Under the pieces are notes generated by a model. The model ran no database searches and was not told the origin of the DNA. It saw only the letters and a list, made by a program, of their open reading frames with translations. Positions 60,985 through 64,000 of a stretch of 64,000 nucleotides of DNA are shown here, piece by piece (within the stretch, counting starts at the first letter, position 1; the number at the start of each line of letters is the position of its first letter). Source of the DNA: an uncultured delta proteobacterium (GTDB taxonomy: Bacteria; Desulfobacterota; Binatia; Binatales; Binataceae); contig CAWDXY010000004.1 in assembly GCA_963806485.1 (NCBI GenBank), positions 893,349 to 957,348 of the forward strand. Reading direction: 5' to 3'. The translations under genes and the position numbers were made by a program.

Positions 60985-62092
60985 GCATCGGCGCTAGGTT
61001 ACGGATTGTAGCCGGGGTGCGATCGAAGCGAGCCGCCGCCCGCGGCATCCGCACTCTCCCGAATGCCTTACTGTCAAACTCTTCGAGAATGCGATTCTCG
61101 CGGACTTGATCGTCCTGCAGCAGCTCAAAACGGCTTAGGACCGGTGCGGATGGGACATCGTTGGCGAGCAGCCGCGGCAGGATTTCAGTCGCGCGCCACT
61201 TCTCGAGCTCCGTCGATGTTATACCGCGGCGCTCGACGGCGTTTATCGATCGGTCGCGTGCCGTCTTGAAGCGAGGATCGTCGATGAGATCTTCCCGATT
61301 GAGCGCCCGGCAAATGCCGGCCCATTCGTCGTCCGACAGCGCGGCCGCCGTGATGTAGCGGTCCTGCGTCGCGAACACGAGATCAGGGCCTACCTCGCCG
61401 TCCGAAGGATCTGTCTCATCACCTACAAAGGTCAAGCTAGGCATCGCCTCAGGCCACAAATAGGAGATCATTGCGTCCAGCATCGATAGCTGTACGTGCT
61501 GGCCTTCTCCTGATCGCTCGCGCGCGAAAAGCGCCGCGGTTATAGCCTGCGCTGCAGTCAAGGCGGTGGTGTAGTCGGCAATTATCGTTCGCACCATCCT
61601 GGGGCGTCCTGTATCTCTGTCACGCTGGATGTCCGCCAGGCCCGACATAGCTTGAATCACGGGATCGTAGGCGCGCTGGTTGGCATAGGGACCCTTCGTG
61701 CCATATCCAGTGATCGATACGTAGACAATATCGCGCCTAACAGCTCTGACCGCCTGCTCGCCAAGACCCATCCGCTCGGCGATTCCGGGACGGAAGTTAT
61801 GAACGAACACCTGCGCGGTAGTTATCAGCTTCTTGATAATCTCGAGACCGTCATCCGATTTGAGATCGACGGCCAACGAGCGCTTATTCCGATTACAGCT
61901 TAAGAACCCGGCGTTCATGCCGTTGCGCCCGCGGCTGAAATGGCGCATCAGGTCGCCATGCGGCGATTCGACCTTGATGACGTCGGCACCCTGGTCAGCG
62001 AGCATCATAGTCGCCACTGGGCCCGCGACCATCGTCGTCAGATCGAGGACTCGCACTCCATCAAGCGCACCCGGCATTTCCCTACTCCTCAT
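60866..62092 (-). CDS. CoA-transferase family III (CaiB/BaiF-like) protein
   Basis: N-terminal ALDGVRVLDLTTMVAGPVATMMLADQGADVIKVE characteristic of family III CoA transferases. Confidence 0.8.
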   Translation of the reverse strand: MRSREMPGALDGVRVLDLTTMVAGPVATMMLADQGADVIKVESPHGDLMRHFSRGRNGMNAGFLSCNRNKRSLAVDLKSDDGLEIIKKLITTAQVFVHNFRPGIAERMGLGEQAVRAVRRDIVYVSITGYGTKGPYANQRAYDPVIQAMSGLADIQRDRDTGRPRMVRTIIADYTTALTAAQAITAALFARERSGEGQHVQLSMLDAMISYLWPEAMPSLTFVGDETDPSDGEVGPDLVFATQDRYITAAALSDDEWAGICRALNREDLIDDPRFKTARDRSINAVERRGITSTELEKWRATEILPRLLANDVPSAPVLSRFELLQDDQVRENRILEEFDSKAFGRVRMPRAAARFDRTPATIRNLAPMLGADNAAILAELGYDADHVARLESNRVVQSQSKKESAGG

Positions 62093-62114
62093 ATCCGATC
62101 GCGTTCATCGCGAG

Positions 62115-62756
62115 TTACACCCTGGCAGGAAAATTCCTTTCCAAAGCTTTCTGATAAGCCGGCCGGATAGCCACGCGCGAGCGATACTCATGTAACCGAT
62201 CGGATAAGGGGATTCGGTCCGTGACAGCCCAATCCAGACAAGTCATCAGAAGTATATCGGCGATACTGAACTGGTCGCCCATCAGATATCGCCCCGACTT
62301 CGCTATCCTCGGAGCCATCGCTTCGGCATTCTCCATGAAATAGTTCCTGGCAGCTTCTACGGCCTTTGGAGCTTCTCCATAGACGTGTTCCAGCCCCACA
62401 TGGCGCCGCATTACGTAAAGGGAACCCGCATCAAGTTCCGTCGCGATAAAATAGCACCACTCGTTGAGGGCCGCCCGGTTCTCAGCATCGCGAGGCACCG
62501 CCATCAATTGGGGATTGGTAAAGGTCTCACTTAGGTACTGGATGATCGCCGCGCTCTCGGTCAGTATAAAAGATCTATGACGAAGGACAGGAATCTTATG
62601 CCTGGGATTGAGCCGCATGAACTCGTCAGTCTTAGTCTCGCCGGTGCGCGATCCTATCGCATGAAACTCGTACTCCAAACCCAGTTCGAGCAGCATCCAA
62701 TGAGGCCGCATCGTTCGGCTGGTCCCGACTCCCCACAGGGTTAGATCATTCGTCAT
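62115..62756 (-). CDS. glutathione S-transferase (start at internal Met MTNDLTLWG)
   Basis: GST N-terminal thioredoxin fold RPHWMLLELGLEYEFHAIG...KIPVL and C-terminal helical domain. Confidence 0.7.
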   Translation of the reverse strand: MTNDLTLWGVGTSRTMRPHWMLLELGLEYEFHAIGSRTGETKTDEFMRLNPRHKIPVLRHRSFILTESAAIIQYLSETFTNPQLMAVPRDAENRAALNEWCYFIATELDAGSLYVMRRHVGLEHVYGEAPKAVEAARNYFMENAEAMAPRIAKSGRYLMGDQFSIADILLMTCLDWAVTDRIPLSDRLHEYRSRVAIRPAYQKALERNFPARV

Positions 62757-62779
62757 TAAAATAGCTCGCGGCAGGCGGC

Positions 62780-63523
62780 CTAGAACTTTTCCTTGAAGGG
62801 CCTGATATCGAGTTGGTGACTCCACACACTCCGATCCTGATGTGCGAGGTACCAGAACGCGTCGGCGATCGCCGACGGCTTGAGGAAGTCTTCATCCTTT
62901 GAGTCGGGGCGGAACTTCCTGAGCAAAGGCATATCGATGCCGCCGTCCACGTTCACGTACGCGACGTGGATGCCTTGTGGATGAAGGTCGCGCGACATTA
63001 CCTCGGCAAGACCTCGCACCGCAAACTTGGCCGGCGCGAATGCCGCCGAGGTCGGCCACGGCCGGACGCCCGCGGTCGCGCCTGTGACTAGTATCGAGCC
63101 GCTGCCGCGCGAGAGCATTTCTGGCACCACCTGGCGCGCCCACAAAAAGGCCCCGAGCGTATGCAAACGCCACGTTTCCTCGAAGACCTGCGGAGTTGTA
63201 TCCATCAGGCGCCCCATCGGACGCCGGCCACCGTTGTAGATGAGAATTTCTACCGGACCGAGCTCGCGCTTGATTCTTTCGTGCGCGGCCGCGATCTCCG
63301 CCTCGACAGTAGCGTCGCTCTGAACTGGAAGCGCGACGCCCCCGGCCGACTTGATCTCGCTAGCGGTCTTCCCGATAACCTCGGAACTCCTGGCGATAAG
63401 CGCGACCTTGTAGCCCGCGGCAAATCTCCGCGCCAGTGCCATGCCAAGGCCCTCGCCTACGCCGACCACCACACATACGTTTTCTGATTTAACCGAAGAA
63501 GAATCGCTCATGGTCATTACCAC
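62780..63523 (-). CDS. SDR-family oxidoreductase
   Basis: VCVVVGVGEGLGMALARRF Rossmann motif; paralog of 60166..60984. Confidence 0.75.
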   Translation of the reverse strand: MVMTMSDSSSVKSENVCVVVGVGEGLGMALARRFAAGYKVALIARSSEVIGKTASEIKSAGGVALPVQSDATVEAEIAAAHERIKRELGPVEILIYNGGRRPMGRLMDTTPQVFEETWRLHTLGAFLWARQVVPEMLSRGSGSILVTGATAGVRPWPTSAAFAPAKFAVRGLAEVMSRDLHPQGIHVAYVNVDGGIDMPLLRKFRPDSKDEDFLKPSAIADAFWYLAHQDRSVWSHQLDIRPFKEKF

Positions 63524-63615
63524 CGGCCCTATTGATGGCGGTCGTCATGTTTGGCATATTAATGACGCTCGTAATCATATGTGTCAAGAACCGATCGACA
63601 ACTTCGGGGAGCTCG

Positions 63616-64000
63616 ATGCGAGTTTCTAAAGAAAAAGCTGCGCAGAACCGCGAGCGAATCCTGACTTCTGCCGCGCGCCTGTTCCGCGAGCACGGCATCG
63701 CCGCCACCGGCGTTGACTCGATCACCAAAGACGCGGGTCTCACGCACGGCGGGCTGTACAGCCAGTTCGGATCCAAAGAGGCTATCGCAGCCGAGGCGAT
63801 TCGCTTCGCACTGGCGCGAGGCAAGCGCGTCTGGAAGCGGGCGGCGGAACGCAACCCGGGCAAGCGCGCGCTCCCCGCGATTGTGGACGGTTATCTGTCG
63901 CGCGCCCATCGCGATGCGCCCGGTACCGGCTGCGTGGTAGCGGCCCTTGGCAGCGACATCGCCAGGCAGCCGCGTCACGTTCGTGAGGCTTTCACCAGGC
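63616..64000 (+). CDS. TetR-family transcriptional regulator (3' partial, runs off window)
   Basis: MRVSKEKAAQNRERILTSAARLFREHGIAATGVDSITKDAGLTHGGLYSQFGSKE = canonical TetR N-terminal HTH; divergent from SDR gene. Confidence 0.8.
   Translation, partial: MRVSKEKAAQNRERILTSAARLFREHGIAATGVDSITKDAGLTHGGLYSQFGSKEAIAAEAIRFALARGKRVWKRAAERNPGKRALPAIVDGYLSRAHRDAPGTGCVVAALGSDIARQPRHVREAFTR

Overview
High-GC (~60%) bacterial chromosomal segment; a guess at the lineage is Acidobacteriota-like soil bacteria, from the abundance of secreted beta-helix / choice-of-anchor-D repeat proteins and sigma-54 regulators. The window contains seven main parts. (1) Five paralogous secreted adhesin-like proteins (13..834 is a smaller sixth), with a right-handed beta-helix N-terminal region, Thr/Ala/Pro-rich low-complexity linkers and tandem C-terminal choice-of-anchor-D (ASH-like) Ig-like domains; one copy is degraded and one carries a near-identical intragenic tandem duplication. 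(2) An integrative phage-like island at about 7.0-12.5 kb with tyrosine integrase, putative excisionase, ParB-domain DNA methylase, P27 small terminase and two unknown cargo genes. To its left lie an integrase 3' remnant sharing a 19/20-bp core and a signalling gene (zinc-ribbon / class III cyclase / AAA / TPR) broken by a frameshift and two TAG codons. (3) Two tandem kdpFABC potassium-pump operons, each preceded by a conserved 31-aa hydrophobic mini-ORF, and each KdpC carrying a ~115-140-aa insertion. Downstream sits a histidine kinase whose H-box His is replaced by Gln, plus an NtrC-type sigma-54 response regulator. Upstream sit two divergent PII-like proteins, a cNMP-binding protein, a stand-alone KdpD-Usp-like domain protein and a receiver-less sigma-54 activator. 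(4) An NHL-repeat/Kelch-repeat secreted beta-propeller operon. (5) A FecR-like plus secreted-protein pair transcribed divergently from a CHASE2 class III nucleotide cyclase, followed by an MFS transporter. (6) A ~180-nt structured intergenic element present twice (~35.0-35.25 kb and ~58.3-58.5 kb). (7) A TetR-controlled small-molecule detox cluster (SDR, GST, CoA-transferase, sulfotransferase) at the right end. No rRNA, tRNA or CRISPR arrays were recognised. All homology calls come from motif recognition by eye on the supplied translations; no database searches were run.
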